From: Felis catus
Taxonomy: Eukaryota
Reading direction: 5' to 3'
Assembly (NCBI RefSeq): GCF_018350175.1
Contig: NC_058372.1
Coordinates: 140,244,001 to 140,308,000, forward strand
DNA: 64,000 nucleotides
Position 1 is the first letter of the stretch. Every line of letters begins with the position of its first letter. The translations under genes were made by a program, and so were the position numbers. This document shows positions 47,952 to 59,668 of this stretch, piece by piece. The notes below the pieces were generated by a model that was given only the letters and a program-made list of their open reading frames with translations, did no database searches and had not been told where the DNA came from.

Positions 47952-50564
47952 TCTTCCCACGCATTAACAGAGAGTAAAGAGAGACAAGTCATGAAAAGGC
48001 AAAGGGAATAATAGTTACATATCAGAGATGAGGATCTGGATCCATGATCCTGGTAGAACTACCCACCTCTCACGGTGTCATCTGCTTCCGGGGAGGAACC
48101 TCCTTAGTGTATTTTAATATTGGATCTTCAGTTGGTGGGAGTTCCAAGAGTCTAGAGGAGCCCCGTATAATTGGAAGATGGGGATTCAAGGTTCAAGACC
48201 TTGAAGTTGTATTACAATCACAGTAAGGAAGAGGACCAGGTATGGTCCCTCCCAACAAGGCTCCAGGGAAGCATTTGTTCTTAGTGATTGCAAATCAGAA
48301 AAATTGGAAAACATAAGAAACATAAGTTTGGAGAGTCATAGCCAGATATTGGAGGAAACTAGAAGAATTCCAGATCCGGACTGGTTTACAGGACGTTAGT
48401 ACCCACGAGATTGTGTTATAGTTTCCTACTGAAACAAAATTTTTTTTTCTCTACAGTCATCTTCATTTCTACCAAAGATAATCACAGGAAGACTAGTTTG
48501 TTTGCAAAATAATTCCAGTCTCGTTAAACTTGGCCTGATTATTTATGTAAGGGCAGCAAGAATAGTGATTGACCATATCAGCTCTGTAGAAGTCATCTTT
48601 GTTGGAATTTTTTCGTAAATACATTGGATTTTTAAAAGCCTCTCATGGCTAAGAAGCCAAGCCAAGGCCTCAGCATCAAACTTTGTCTACAAGACCTATA
48701 GATTTGGTTGATTCCTCTCTGTTTTGAAGTCCCCCAAATATCCCGAGTTTCCTATGGCTGCCAAGCAGTGACCTTTCTTCCTCACCTTTCTTGGTAATGT
48801 TTGGAACCCTGTAAGCAAGATACCAGGTGGGTTCTTGAAAGAGCTTTATTGGTTCCATAAAGTCAACCTTAGTTTCTTAAAACTGTCTGGTCATATCTGG
48901 TTTTATGTATATCATTCTCAAAGATGACATTTCAGTCAAAACCTTGGTATAATATAACCAAAGTATCCAATTGTGGCCTGTGGTTTAAGCAAAACAGATT
49001 CTTACTAAACTTATGTAAATAACTACAATGCCCTGAGAATAAGAATATTCAGTAAGTTTCTGAATTCTGGAGGGATTGGGTAAAGAGAAAAAATAAATGT
49101 CTCAATCCTGTTTATAAAAGTATACCTTGCCAAACTGCTTTAAAGCATAGATAGGTTAAAAAGAAAAGAGCAAAAGATTTTCTTACACCTGGAAAACCAA
49201 AACATTAAAGAACCGCCAATGTTTCAAACAAAGAGTCATGGAAAATTATATTCATCCTTACCTGTTCTGTCAATCCATGTTATTAATTCTTATTCTACTT
49301 GAACCTAGTTTTCCCTTTAAAAAGTTCTACAAATTCTGACCCAGGCCAATGGTACAGTCTCGAGATTTTCAGAAACATGTATTCTAGAGTACTTATCAGA
49401 GTCCTTTCCATGGCTTTCTCTAAAGAAAAAGCACTTTTGCAAAAGCCTCAAAGTAAAACATGGTTAGAAATTTGATGAGAGTTCATATTATAAGGATATT
49501 TAGTTATTTCTATGACATTCGGTAATTTAAGATAATAATCAGAGTATTGACAAATTTCTATGAATTGTAAAAGCTTCCTGAAATACCTATATTAGTAACA
49601 TACACCCATACACAGGTAACTTAAGAAAGTTTATCATCACTTATTTGACAATGCTTTCCATGTAATTTAACATACAAAATAAACCTAGTTCATTTAATAT
49701 CTCTCTTTTATAAGGTGAGAGACAAATCCTTTTAGATTTTCCAGGGACCGTCTAGAAGATCTCCAAGCTAGTTTATGGCCAGAAAGACTCCATTTGGAAT
49801 TTGACTGGGGAAAGTTTTCAAACTGGAAAAATATTTGAACATTGATCAAATAGGGTGACAGATCATTACGAAATAATAATCTTTTGACCAAAGTGACAAT
49901 AGATTTTTAAAGGCAAATGCAGAAGGCGACATAGTTGTGGGGGGAAATTAGCTCTTTTAATATTGAGAAGACTGTGTTCTCCCAAGTAATTGAAGACCTG
50001 AGAAAGACAGCATTAAGCCCAGGAAATTATTGTGGTAAGATAAAATCCTTGCTTTTTAAGCAGACTACCAAAAAGGTAAAATCATTTCACAATCTCTTAT
50101 CAAGACCAATAGTCCAAGAAAACTATGTCCTTTTAACAAGAGAAAACCACATTCTGATTTTGTATCAGGATACTCTTGGTATTAAGGCCTATTCTTTAAA
50201 TAAATCTATTCTAATCTTAGCCAGCTTGATCACACATGAAATTCCTTTCCTAAGGGTCCTTTTCCACAAACCTGCTACAATTTTTTACATCTGTTGTCTT
50301 ATATGTGTCCTTTTTCTCACTCTGGAACAACCAGTCACTCTACATTAGGACAAAATTACCCGTTTTCCTTGAACAACAAAAACAACAAAAATGCCCTCAG
50401 TACCTTTCTTTATCCAAAAAAGAGGACCACCATTTTCCTTATCTGCTTTTCATACACAGTTGTTTCCTTTCACCCTTATTATTTCTACAAGTTTTAATTA
50501 CATATATTGACTAGAATTCTTAACCCTTAGAAACCTTCATTTCTAATCAAAACTAAGAAGTGAG

Positions 50565-50964
50565 TGTAGAGGCCACTTTTAGGCGACAGGCTTGAGCAAT
50601 GGAAACCTGAGTAAGACCCCCGGGCTGATTACACACAGACTTATTTGGTGACCCACCTCAAAATACCCATAAGCCCTAGCTGACCAATGGGCTACTTACA
50701 GCCAGGCACAGTTACCAAAAAAGGAAAATTCCATACATTCCCATACCTCCTCACCTTCCCCCTTTAAATATGGTCCCCACCCACTGCCTTGTGGCAGTCT
50801 CTGCTTTGCTGTCTTACCTGTCGTTCCCTTGCAGTTTATTCAGTAAACTTCTATCTCCTTGGCTCTGCCTATGGTGAATTCTTTCACCACCCACGCTGCC
50901 ATCGTCCACCTGATCCATTCACCCCACATTTGGGGGCCTCCATCTGATTGGGGGAGACACCACA
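50565..50964 (+). mobile_element. Second LTR element nested antisense in the provirus
   Basis: TGTAGAGG...CACCACA; CCAAT at ~50683, TTTAAAT at ~50763, AGTAAA at ~50843; flanks GTGAG / ATAAG consistent with a mutated TSD. Confidence 0.8.
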
Positions 50965-51472
50965 ATAAGCAATAACAGACTGTCAAACTGGCTGTCCGTG
51001 CACTGGAAAATTTATAAATACATTTCATAATTTCTAGAAGTCTATTCTACCTTAGAGTAAATTTTTCAACTTGGTATAAGCTTACAAATAAATGCCGATA
51101 TGTTAAGTTCTTCTAAGAAGAAGCCGGAAGTAGATAAATCTATGTCCAGAAATTAACATTTAAGAATTTTATCTTATTTGGAAATGCTCTAGACAATCCA
51201 TGAATACCTTCATTTAATTAACTTACTATAACATTAAGGTTTCAAGTTACCAAAAAGACTTCGGAAACTATTTTTAAGTAGATATACCATTAAATTATTA
51301 TTGAAATGTTCACTTATAAATTTTTATCTTACTTACGTCTATTTGATTTACTTGCTCTTAACAAATTATGTTTAGCTGGCTCACGAAAATCTCACAAAAT
51401 ATTAAACAGCTAACCATCATCTTAAGTTATTTTGCTTGATGGAAAAATTTGTAACAAGGATAACATGAGCAT

Positions 51473-51526
51473 ATTTTACTTTATTTTTTTTAAGAGAAAG
51501 ATAGTGCAAGTAAGACGGGGTGGGGG

Positions 51527-51572
<46 letters not shown>

Positions 51573-51696
51573 CTCCAGCAGACTCCATGCTCAGTGAGGG
51601 GCCTGACATGGGCTCTCCATCCCATGGTCCTGGGGTCATGACCCGAGCCAAAATCAAGGGTCAGATGCTCAACCAACTGAGCCACCGAGGCACCCC
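51473..51696 (-). mobile_element. Can-SINE inside the provirus, with a long (GA)n tract
   Basis: Reverse-complement head ...GAGCCACCGAGGCACCCC. Confidence 0.95.
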
Positions 51697-52379
51697 ACGT
51701 TTATTTGACTTTTAAGAAACTCAGGTAGATTAAGGTCACATTACTGATGTGCTGTTTTTAATCTTAATAACTCTGAAGACATGCATATTCTGATTAAAGC
51801 AGCAAATTTAAGTTAGGTTTTATTTACTGAAGATTATCCCAGATCGTGTGAACTTGAAAAACATTTGGGTTAGTTCCTACATTTCTGAGGAAATATTTAA
51901 TGTATATAATCGCTTATTTTTCTTTAAGCCAATTAAATAGAGATTTTATTACAAATTTTGTTATTGCCATCCAAAGGGGGAAAAAATCACTCATCTATAA
52001 CATATACATAACATACATATATAGACATAACTAAACAGTCAGATACAAACAAAGATCTTATAGCTTTCATTTTAAAATTTTAGTCATGAGACAGGTAAGA
52101 TCATGCAAATCTTGCTAGTTTATAAAAGAACAGCTGAATCCAAATTGGTTTCTGGCAGGTGGGGTAAGTTAAGTTTTCCTGCTCAGAGGGCATAAGTTTT
52201 TAGTAATATTTGCAGAGAAGACTTTTAACATTTCCATTCACCTGGTTTCCAGATAGCATGTTGTCCTTGTTGTTCTGAGAAGAATTACCTCCCTAAAGTT
52301 TGCATTTATAAGAGGTGGCTTTTGGTTCCTGGAGAAACCCCGGTAGAACATTTACGTCTCAAAGGCAGAGAAAAAGTGT

Positions 52380-52860
52380 AAGTTTCTCCAAGAAGGACTT
52401 CTGTTTCCAAAGTCCAGATCTCTTACAATCTGCAAGCCTTCAGAGATGAATAGGAGAGGTTGGGGGGTTAATAAAAAGGATAGGTGAGCTTGAATTGCTC
52501 CTAGAGCCACATTTCTGTTCTTGTAAGGACTTGATTTGTAGGACAAGTGATTTTTAATTCTTCAAAGGTTTCAGTTGCATCCTGAATGATCTCAAAGGAT
52601 GGACCCGCCCATCTAGCTACAGTGTTTTCAATTTGCTTATTAGGGAGAAGATTTCCAATTAAGATGGGAATCGGAAGATCCCTATGTTCTCGTTCAGAGT
52701 TGTGTGTCTTTGGAATGTTTTACTAAATCCTTCCATAATGGCAGAATGTTTTCTTTTCCCGTGGGCATATAGTTTCATTTAGCTCAAAGGAAAAGGCCTA
52801 AAAACATTTCCATCAGACTTTTAATATAAGCTTCCAATTTGGTCACCTTTTGACCACGGA
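52380..52860 (-). pseudogene. Degenerate gag relic including a CCHC zinc-knuckle remnant
   Basis: 52395-52435 reads DCKRSGLWKQKS, i.e. C-X4-(H>L)-X4-(C>S), each change a single base; PWSK near 52850. Confidence 0.5.
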
Positions 52861-53630
52861 ACTCATTCTTTTTTTTTTAGTCCTTTAAAATATCTTATTA
52901 TCACATTTTAGCTTGGACAAACAATAAATATTCCCGGCAGTATTGAACTCCCTTTTCACTTCCTTTTTCTTTTAAACCAACGGTATACCAACCAAAACCA
53001 ATAAGCCTTTTATGGCTTACCCATAGACTTTCCCCAAAGAGGGTACAAATATGTAGTCTTCCCAGGATCCAGAACCACTGGAATCTGGACTTAAGTCCTT
53101 AAGTCTCAAGTCCCATGAGAGGTGTCAACAGTCCATAGGACACTGGCCACAAATGGAGTATGTGCATGACAGGCAGAAAGCCCAGCTAAGTTCTCAGAAC
53201 TACATAAGGAAGTGATAGCTGTTCCTGGAAGAGAAAGGATCAATAACCAATGAGTACCCCAAACCCAAATCCGTAAGAGTCTGAATTTGAAAAATAAGGG
53301 ACAGCATGAAATGTCATCTTTCTTTTCTCAAACCAGGCACTACAGGCAAAGATCCAAGAGAGCTGACTTTGGTAAGGATATTCACCCTTTCCCGGCTTCT
53401 GCCAGTTTTCCCAGGATCTTATCTGCAGGCTCCAGCGTTGAGTGTGGTGTCTCAGCATGTCCCAACCTAGTCACCAGAAACTATTAGGAAGAAAAGTCAT
53501 TTTCTCTCTACCCTTTACAGTGTGTTCTAGGCTGAGACCTCTTTTTCTCTAGGGCATCTAGTAAATGGATATGCTTATTCAGGTTAAAAGTTTCCCACTG
53601 TGACCACTGTAATTTAAAATTATCTTTGAT

Positions 53631-53837
53631 AGGGACGTCTGGCTGGCTCAGTCAGTCAAGTGTCCCACTCTTGATTTCAGTTCAGGTCATGATCTCAGTT
53701 TGTGAGTTTCAGCCCTGCATCAGGCTCTGTGCTGACAGTGCAGAGCCTGCTTGGGATTTTCCCTCTCCCTCTCTCTCTGCCCCCTGCCCCCCACCCTTTC
53801 TCTCTCTCTCAAAAAGAAAAATAAACTTAAAAAAATT
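53631..53837 (+). mobile_element. Can-SINE inside the provirus
   Basis: TSD AAATTATCTTTG (53617-53628, 53838-53849). Confidence 0.95.
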
Positions 53838-54278
53838 AAATTATCTTTGTAAAGTTAACCCACTTGTTCAGACTAACACAGGTCTGGGCCCATAATTTGT
53901 ATACATACAGTTAGCCAGAGTCCAACAGGGAAGATTCCCAGACTCTTTGGACTCAGAGGAACTGAGTTTTCTCTGTCTCTGACTCTCTCCTCCCCCCACC
54001 CCTATCCCTCCCTCTGTCCTCTTTTTTCCTAAAACAAAATTTGAGTAACCTGAGATCTCACACTGGACCCTATCCATGTTAAGTCAAACCCAGTCTGACT
54101 CCAGATCTACTCCAGAAAAAAAGAAATGCTCGTACAAAGTCTAAGAGCTTATAACACAAAAGCTGTTGAGCTTGAATATCTAAGACGGACTTGACATGAT
54201 CTCCAGAGACAATTAGAAAGCAGTAAGCCCACAGACTCAGTGGGTTCATTACTTGTTGCTCCTGGGGGCCATCAGGAG

Positions 54279-54296
54279 TCTCCATTTGTGACACCA
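54279..54296 (-). other. Primer-binding site, tRNA-Leu-like
   Basis: The minus strand reads TGGTGTCACAAATGGAGA against the Leu PBS TGGTGTCAGAAGTGGGAT (13/18), next to the 5' LTR. Confidence 0.7.
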
Positions 54297-54300
54297 GTTC

Positions 54301-54642
54301 ATTATGAGATAAAGTAAGGTATATTAAAAATTCTAAGAGTTTATTTGAACAAAAATTCATTCCAGTTGGTCAGCACCAAACCAGAAGCCGTTAGGAACAC
54401 TCTACCAACAGGAGTCAGGGGAAAGACCTGTACAGAGAAAGGACAGAAGCAATATTATTTGGTTGGCTGTAGTTTAAGCGTTTGCCTTATTAGGAAAAGG
54501 CTAGTAGGTTGTTTGTGGTTGATTGCCATTAGGCTTTGATTTCTTAACCTAGAAGCACTACCAGTCTTAAATTTTGGTTTGCTAACATCAGCTTCCAAGG
54601 CATTAGAGCAACCTCAGTCTACGGCCTCTTGTTTAATTAATT
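54301..54642 (-). mobile_element. 5' LTR of the provirus (outer few bases lost)
   Basis: Colinear with 46985-47340, sharing GTTTATTTGA, CCAACAGGAG..AGGGGA and CCTCAGTCT. Confidence 0.88.
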
Positions 54643-54830
54643 ATGGAATGAGTCCAAAATAAATTTTATTTTGGTAAAATTTAGTTTTGTAATGTATCAT
54701 GCTTTCAGTTATATATTTAAGAAATTTTTTGCTAACCCCAAGATCACAAAGCTTTCCCCTTAAGTTTTCATACGGAAGTTTATGATTGTAGGTTTTACAT
54801 TTAAGTCTCCATTTTATTCTGAAGGATTTC
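54643..54830 (-). mobile_element. L1M fragment, right part of the L1 split by the provirus
   Basis: CATGCTTT...TAAGAAATTTTTGCTAACCCCAAGATCACAAAG...GGTTTTACATTTAAGTCT. Confidence 0.8.
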
Positions 54831-55199
54831 TGTTGGTACATGCTCAACTTCACTAGTTTTGAACTCTCACTGTCTCTGCCATGTCAAGCTACAATAGTAT
54901 AATGTGAGGGTAAAATAACAATAATTTCAGGAATGTAAGGAATCAAACATTTTGCTTCCCATGCATATCTGCATTTAGTATCCTTTCATAGGAAATGGAA
55001 TCTTGGGAAAAGGAGCCAACAGAAAGAAAAAGTAACAGGAAGTCCTAAATTAAGCTTTCGTCAAAGGACCTAGCCAACAAATAGATCAAAGCAAGAGGCA
55101 TGAGGGAGAAGGGAAATTTCACAGAGAGAAGGGGCCTGGAGGGGGAGGAAAGCTAGTAGATTATTGGATGTGTTTGATTATTTGAAAAAAAAATTATGG

Positions 55200-55750
55200 T
55201 TATGCATTTGACAAGTTTTTAATTCCAAAGAGGAAAAATTAGTTTAAAAAAAACACATAAAAATGAGTAACTTTTAAAATTGCACGACAGTCAACTCCAG
55301 GAAAAGCAAAAAGTTGTACGAGAAAAGAAGTCTAGTAATACTATGCTATATGTTTTGGCAACAACAACAACAACAAAAAGATTTACTTACTCATAATAAT
55401 ATAAAAACCTCCAGATAACCAAAAGTGTACTATAACTCAATCGGGAGAATGAGTAGGTTGTAGACAAGGAGTTGTAGGCAAGCTAAATCCTCAAACACCA
55501 CTAGAGAACGTTGAGATATATTGTCTAAAATTAAAGCGTCAACAATATAAGCCTATTTCTCCGAAATATGGAATACCTGGAGTTGACATTGGAAGAATCT
55601 GAGATGACTGTTTCTAGTGTGTCGGATGGCAGGGAGGGGATGCCTCGTAGGAGGATGAAGCTGAGGCTCTCTCTCAGAGAGTGGCGAAAAACACAGGAAG
55701 TATTTTATTTTGAAAATTATGTACATATGGTATTTCGATGGTTTTCAAAA
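55200..55750 (+). mobile_element. L1ME/MD-type 3' UTR relic
   Basis: GGCAAGCTAAATCCTCA, AAATATGGAATACCTGGAG. Confidence 0.5.
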
Positions 55751-55779
55751 ATTGATTTTTTTTAGAAGAATGGTTCCTC

Positions 55780-57200
55780 CAAATGTTTACTTTTCAACCT
55801 CTTGTCAGCGAGTCTCCTGAATCCAGCCTTTGGCTAAAGAAAACCAACAGGGCAATATGGCCACCCAGGGAGAAGCACTTCGGCAGTATCTGCTTTCTCC
55901 TTTGTCTTGTAGGAGCTTCTCTCACATTCCATTTCCTCTTAGCCCTCTCTGACTTCTGTTCCCATCTTTGCAATCTTCCCCATCCTAGAAGGGTCCCTGA
56001 GAGGTCACTCTGCTCTAAAATTGGAATGAACTACCGCTTTCAAAGGGAAAGTCATGCTTTTGACGGGATTCCCTGCACGAGTGGAGAGAGTGGAAGCTGT
56101 GGATTATACTCAGAAGGGGGCCACATTTTGCCCTAAGTGCTGTCCCCCTCGGTATGAGACTCTTCCTGCCAGCAGAGGCAATTCTCCTAGGGCTGCTGTG
56201 GGCTGGTGACGTAGCTGTGGTCTCCCTCGGCTGGGCTGCTCTGTTCAGGGGAGGGGATGTTGTTGGGAAAAACAACGCGGCTCAGACAATGCAGCAGCTG
56301 CCTTGACTAAGAATAGAATCCNNNNNNNNNNNNNNNNNNNNNNNNNNNNNNNNNNNNNNNNNNNNNNNNNNNNNNNNNNNNNNNNNNNNNNNNNNNNNNN
56401 NNNNNNNNNNNNNNNNNNNNNNNNNNNNNNNNNNNNNNNNNNNNNNNNNNNNNAGCTGCCTTCTGCTATGTTGTCACTGGCCACTTTTGCCGTAAACGCA
56501 CATGACATTAATTGGGCAGCTGTTGGCTGGACGGTGGTTAGAATTTGTTGTTGTTTTGTTTGTAATCTCTAGATCTAGGAAGAACTCCTTTATTTCACCC
56601 CTCACTTGTGAAACAAGGAAATAGAAATTTCTGTGTATATTTTTTAAAAAGCAATTCACACGCCCAATAGCCAAGTGATCAAACAGTGCGAAACTATTGC
56701 TGCAAATTCCTGCGCGGTAGAAGGCTATCTTCCAGGTCAAGGTCAAAGTGAATGAGGGAAAGAAGACAGGGAGTTCATTCAGCATGTATTACTCACCAGG
56801 TGCAGGCCTGCTAATCCCAATAAGGATGGAGAGAGAGGAGCAGAGAGGGGCAGAGAGAAAGGGGATGGGAAGTGGGGAGGAGGGGGAGAATTCCACAAAA
56901 ACAATCATTGTTCTTCCCATGAAGATCACGAGACCCGCTTCGCTGGGATTTCCAGCAATTGTAAATTGTGATTTATCGGCACTTTCTCTCGTTCTCTTTT
57001 AAATTCTCATTCACACTGAAAAAACTCGGATTTTGTTCCTTTGATAACTCAATGGGCCATGAAGGCTGGTAGGCCATCCCATTTGTGTGCTTTGCTTGGT
57101 CTATTGCTGACATTGTCCAGGAGGCATTTCAAATGACAGACCTGCAAACATGAAATGTACCATAAAGGGTGTGTGGCCTCTGGAAGTTTAGATAGGCTGG
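55780..57200. promoter_or_regulatory. Repeat-free candidate enhancer block
   Basis: No recognisable repeat; retained CpGs; motifs TGACGT (~56208), TCAAGGTCA (~56736-56744) and TGATTTAT (56969-56976). Confidence 0.35.
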
Positions 57201-57522
57201 CCAGAAACTGTGTACCTAACNNNNNNNNNNNNNNNNNNNNNNNNNNNNNNNNNNNNNNNNNNNNNNNNNNNNNNNNNNNNNNNNNNNNNNNNNNNNNNNN
57301 NNNNNNNNNNNNNNNNNNNNNNNNNNNNNNNNNNNNNNNNNNNNNNNNNNNNGAAATGTTCTAAGATACATCCATGAGTTAATGAAGGTGTTGCCTTGGA
57401 GATGTGGTATAAATGCTGGGTGCCTATGATAAAATCAGACACTTGGCAGTGGTAGAACCCAAGCCCATCAGTCAACACACAATCATCAGCTTTAAAAAAT
57501 CATAATATAAAGACAAAGGTGA

Positions 57523-57730
57523 GGGGCACCTAGGTGGCACAGTCAGTTGAGCATCCGGCTCTTGACTTCAGCTTAGGCCATGATCCCAGTGTCATGGGAT
57601 CAAGCCCCAAGTGACTCCACGCTGAGCGTGTAGCCTGCTTGAATTCTCGAGCTCTCTCCCTCAGTCCCTCTCCCCAGTCATGCGTGCGTGCGCTCTCTCT
57701 CTTTCCAATTTAAAAAACGAAATAAATAAA
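57523..57730 (+). mobile_element. Can-SINE, older subfamily
   Basis: GGGGCACCTAGGTGGCACAG head, tail AAATAAATAAAA. Confidence 0.93.
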
Positions 57731-57870
57731 AACAAGGTTGAGAAGAACATGGTCCTCTCAGGCTCGGATTAACTCAAAAACCTGACAGGCTTTCCTGCTA
57801 CAGTCCTAGCCCATGCAGAACATTCTGGACCATCAGTCTGATTAATCTTCCTTAAGAAAAACAATACTTC

Positions 57871-58076
57871 GGGGAGCCTGGGTGGCTCAGTCGGTTGAGC
57901 GTCCGACTTCAGCTCAGGTCATGATCTCAAAGTCCCTGAGTTTGAGCCCCGCATCAGGCTCTGAGCTGAGCCTGTTTCAGATTCTGTGTCTCCCTCTCTC
58001 TCTGCCCCTCCCCCGGTTCACACTCTATCTCTCTCAAAAATAAATAAACATTAAGATTTTTTAAAAAAAGAAAAAA
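57871..58076 (+). mobile_element. Can-SINE with a short internal deletion
   Basis: 17-bp TSD AAGAAAAACAATACTTC (57854-57870, 58077-58093). Confidence 0.96.
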
Positions 58077-58719
58077 AAGAAAAACAATACTTCTAAAACC
58101 AAAACAAACCTTCCATTCCTTCCCCAATTCTCCAATACAGTTCTCTCCCCAGTGTGTCCCCAGTCTGCCCCTTAAGCACGGTCTCTGGTGGCTCATCACA
58201 CTCCTGTCTCTCCTCCTTCCATGCCCTTTGCCCCAACTCCATCCGCTACTTGGCCGTCCATCCTTCCAGATACAGTCTCCCTTCACATCTCCCAGAGTTT
58301 GCTCCACCACCCAGCCCATGGGAGCTCCATGAAAGAACAGAAGGATGAATATGTTGGGGACACTGCATACTGAATCTTCTGTTTGGAGAGTTATTATGTA
58401 ATTGTCATGAAATGGCCCTGAGAAGTCACACAGTGAGGAAACCTGTTTAACCTTTTTTAGCCAGTGGTGCCTAAACAAATTTGACTTCAGGACCCTTTTA
58501 ATCCTAAAACATTAGGAGTTTTCAGAAACCATTCAGGAAAGCAACCTCAAACTCCAAACTCCAAACTCCACCTTTTTCAGAAAAATCACCTCTGGATACT
58601 CTCTTCCCTTTCTCTCGCCTCTGGGAACTGAATGCCTAGTTATCGTCTGCACCTCTGGTTTGATGTCCTTGTCATGGCTGGTTACTCTTCTGAGTAAGGA
58701 TGTATGTCAAATGATAATA

Positions 58720-58960
58720 ATCATAATGGATATTATTTAATAAGAATCACTACATTCCAAGAATGGTACCAGAGGCTTTGTAGATATTACTTCAGTGGAT
58801 TTACTTCTAACAACCTTGGGAGGTAGGTGTTATTATCGCCATTTTCCCTGTAAAGAAATCAAACAAACGATCATCAAAACATCATCAATCTCAGAAACAT
58901 CAAAGCCTGGAGAACACAGCTAGCAAGTCGGGAACCTGTGCTTCAGGTCTGGGTCTGTAT
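58720..58960 (-). mobile_element. MIR
   Basis: AACAACCTTGGGAGGTAGGTGTTATTATCGCCATTTT core. Confidence 0.75.
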
Positions 58961-59143
58961 ACAGTGCAGATACCAAACTCTCTTCTAGCATTCCGTATCT
59001 TCAACTAGACTGGCCACTCCTTGAGAATCAGAGACTGGCCAGCCTTTTTCAGTGGCTGGCACATGGCAAATGCTTGGCATCTACATTCATTAATTGGGTA
59101 TGCTGAAGCGTTTCCAACACAAGCAATAAAATAATGGACTTTC

Positions 59144-59360
59144 GGGGCGCCTGGGTGGCTCAGTCGGTTGAGTGGCCGACTTGGGCTCAGGTCATGACCT
59201 CGCGGTCCGTGAGTTGGAGCCCCGCGTCGGGTTCTGTGCTGACGGCTCAGAGCTTGGAGCCTGTTTCAGATTCTGTGTCTCCCTCTCCCTGACCCTCCCC
59301 CGTTCATGCTCTGTCTCTCTCTGTCTCAAAAATAAATAAACGTTAAAAAAATTTTTTTTT
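59144..59360 (+). mobile_element. Young felid Can-SINE
   Basis: 15-bp TSD AAATAATGGACTTTC; CpG-rich. Confidence 0.97.
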
Positions 59361-59473
59361 AAATAATGGACTTTCAACAGATTCATGAGCCTTGTAGAAC
59401 TAATATATATTACTCTGTTTCCCTCTCTACCCCTTCTTACAATTCTTTAAAAATTTTATTGAAAAAAACTCTA

Positions 59474-59668
59474 GGGGTGCCTGGGGGGCTCAGTCAGTTG
59501 AGTGTCCGACTCTTGGTTTCAGCTCAGGTCATGATCTCACAGTTTGTGTGATCAAGTCCCACGACAGGCTCCACGCTGACAGCATGGAGCCTGCTTGAGG
59601 TTGTCTCTCTCCTTCTCTCTCTGCCCCTCCCCCACTCATGCTCTCTCAAAATAAATAAATAAATTTCA
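59474..59668 (+). mobile_element. Can-SINE, older subfamily
   Basis: GGGGTGCCTGGGGGGCTCAG head, (AAAT)n tail. Confidence 0.94.

Larger units (their letters stand above)
46985..54642 (-). mobile_element. Fossil ERV1 (MER4-group-like) provirus, LTR-PBS-gag relic-env relic-PPT-LTR, no pol detected
   Basis: Paired LTRs, PBS, PPT and env TM peptide; AT-rich internal sequence typical of the MER4 group. Confidence 0.88.

Noticed and set aside
2050-56800. Scattered minus-strand GTGAGT/GTAAG donors (~2060, 27586, 36790, 37860, 38004, 56797) as one gene
   Set aside because: Such hexamers occur by chance every few kb. The flanked segment at 37861-37960 has stops in all three frames, and the 37961-38004 'intron' is too short.
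90-57478. ORF-track entries dominated by X (e.g. 90-548, 1982-2347, 33126-33392, 41785-42309, 56245-56508)
   Set aside because: They are open only because N runs contain no stop codons.
57954-58478. 174-aa minus-strand ORF
   Set aside because: It ends in Can-SINE sequence (FLREIECEPGEGQRERETQN), crosses a low-complexity tail and has no recognisable domain.
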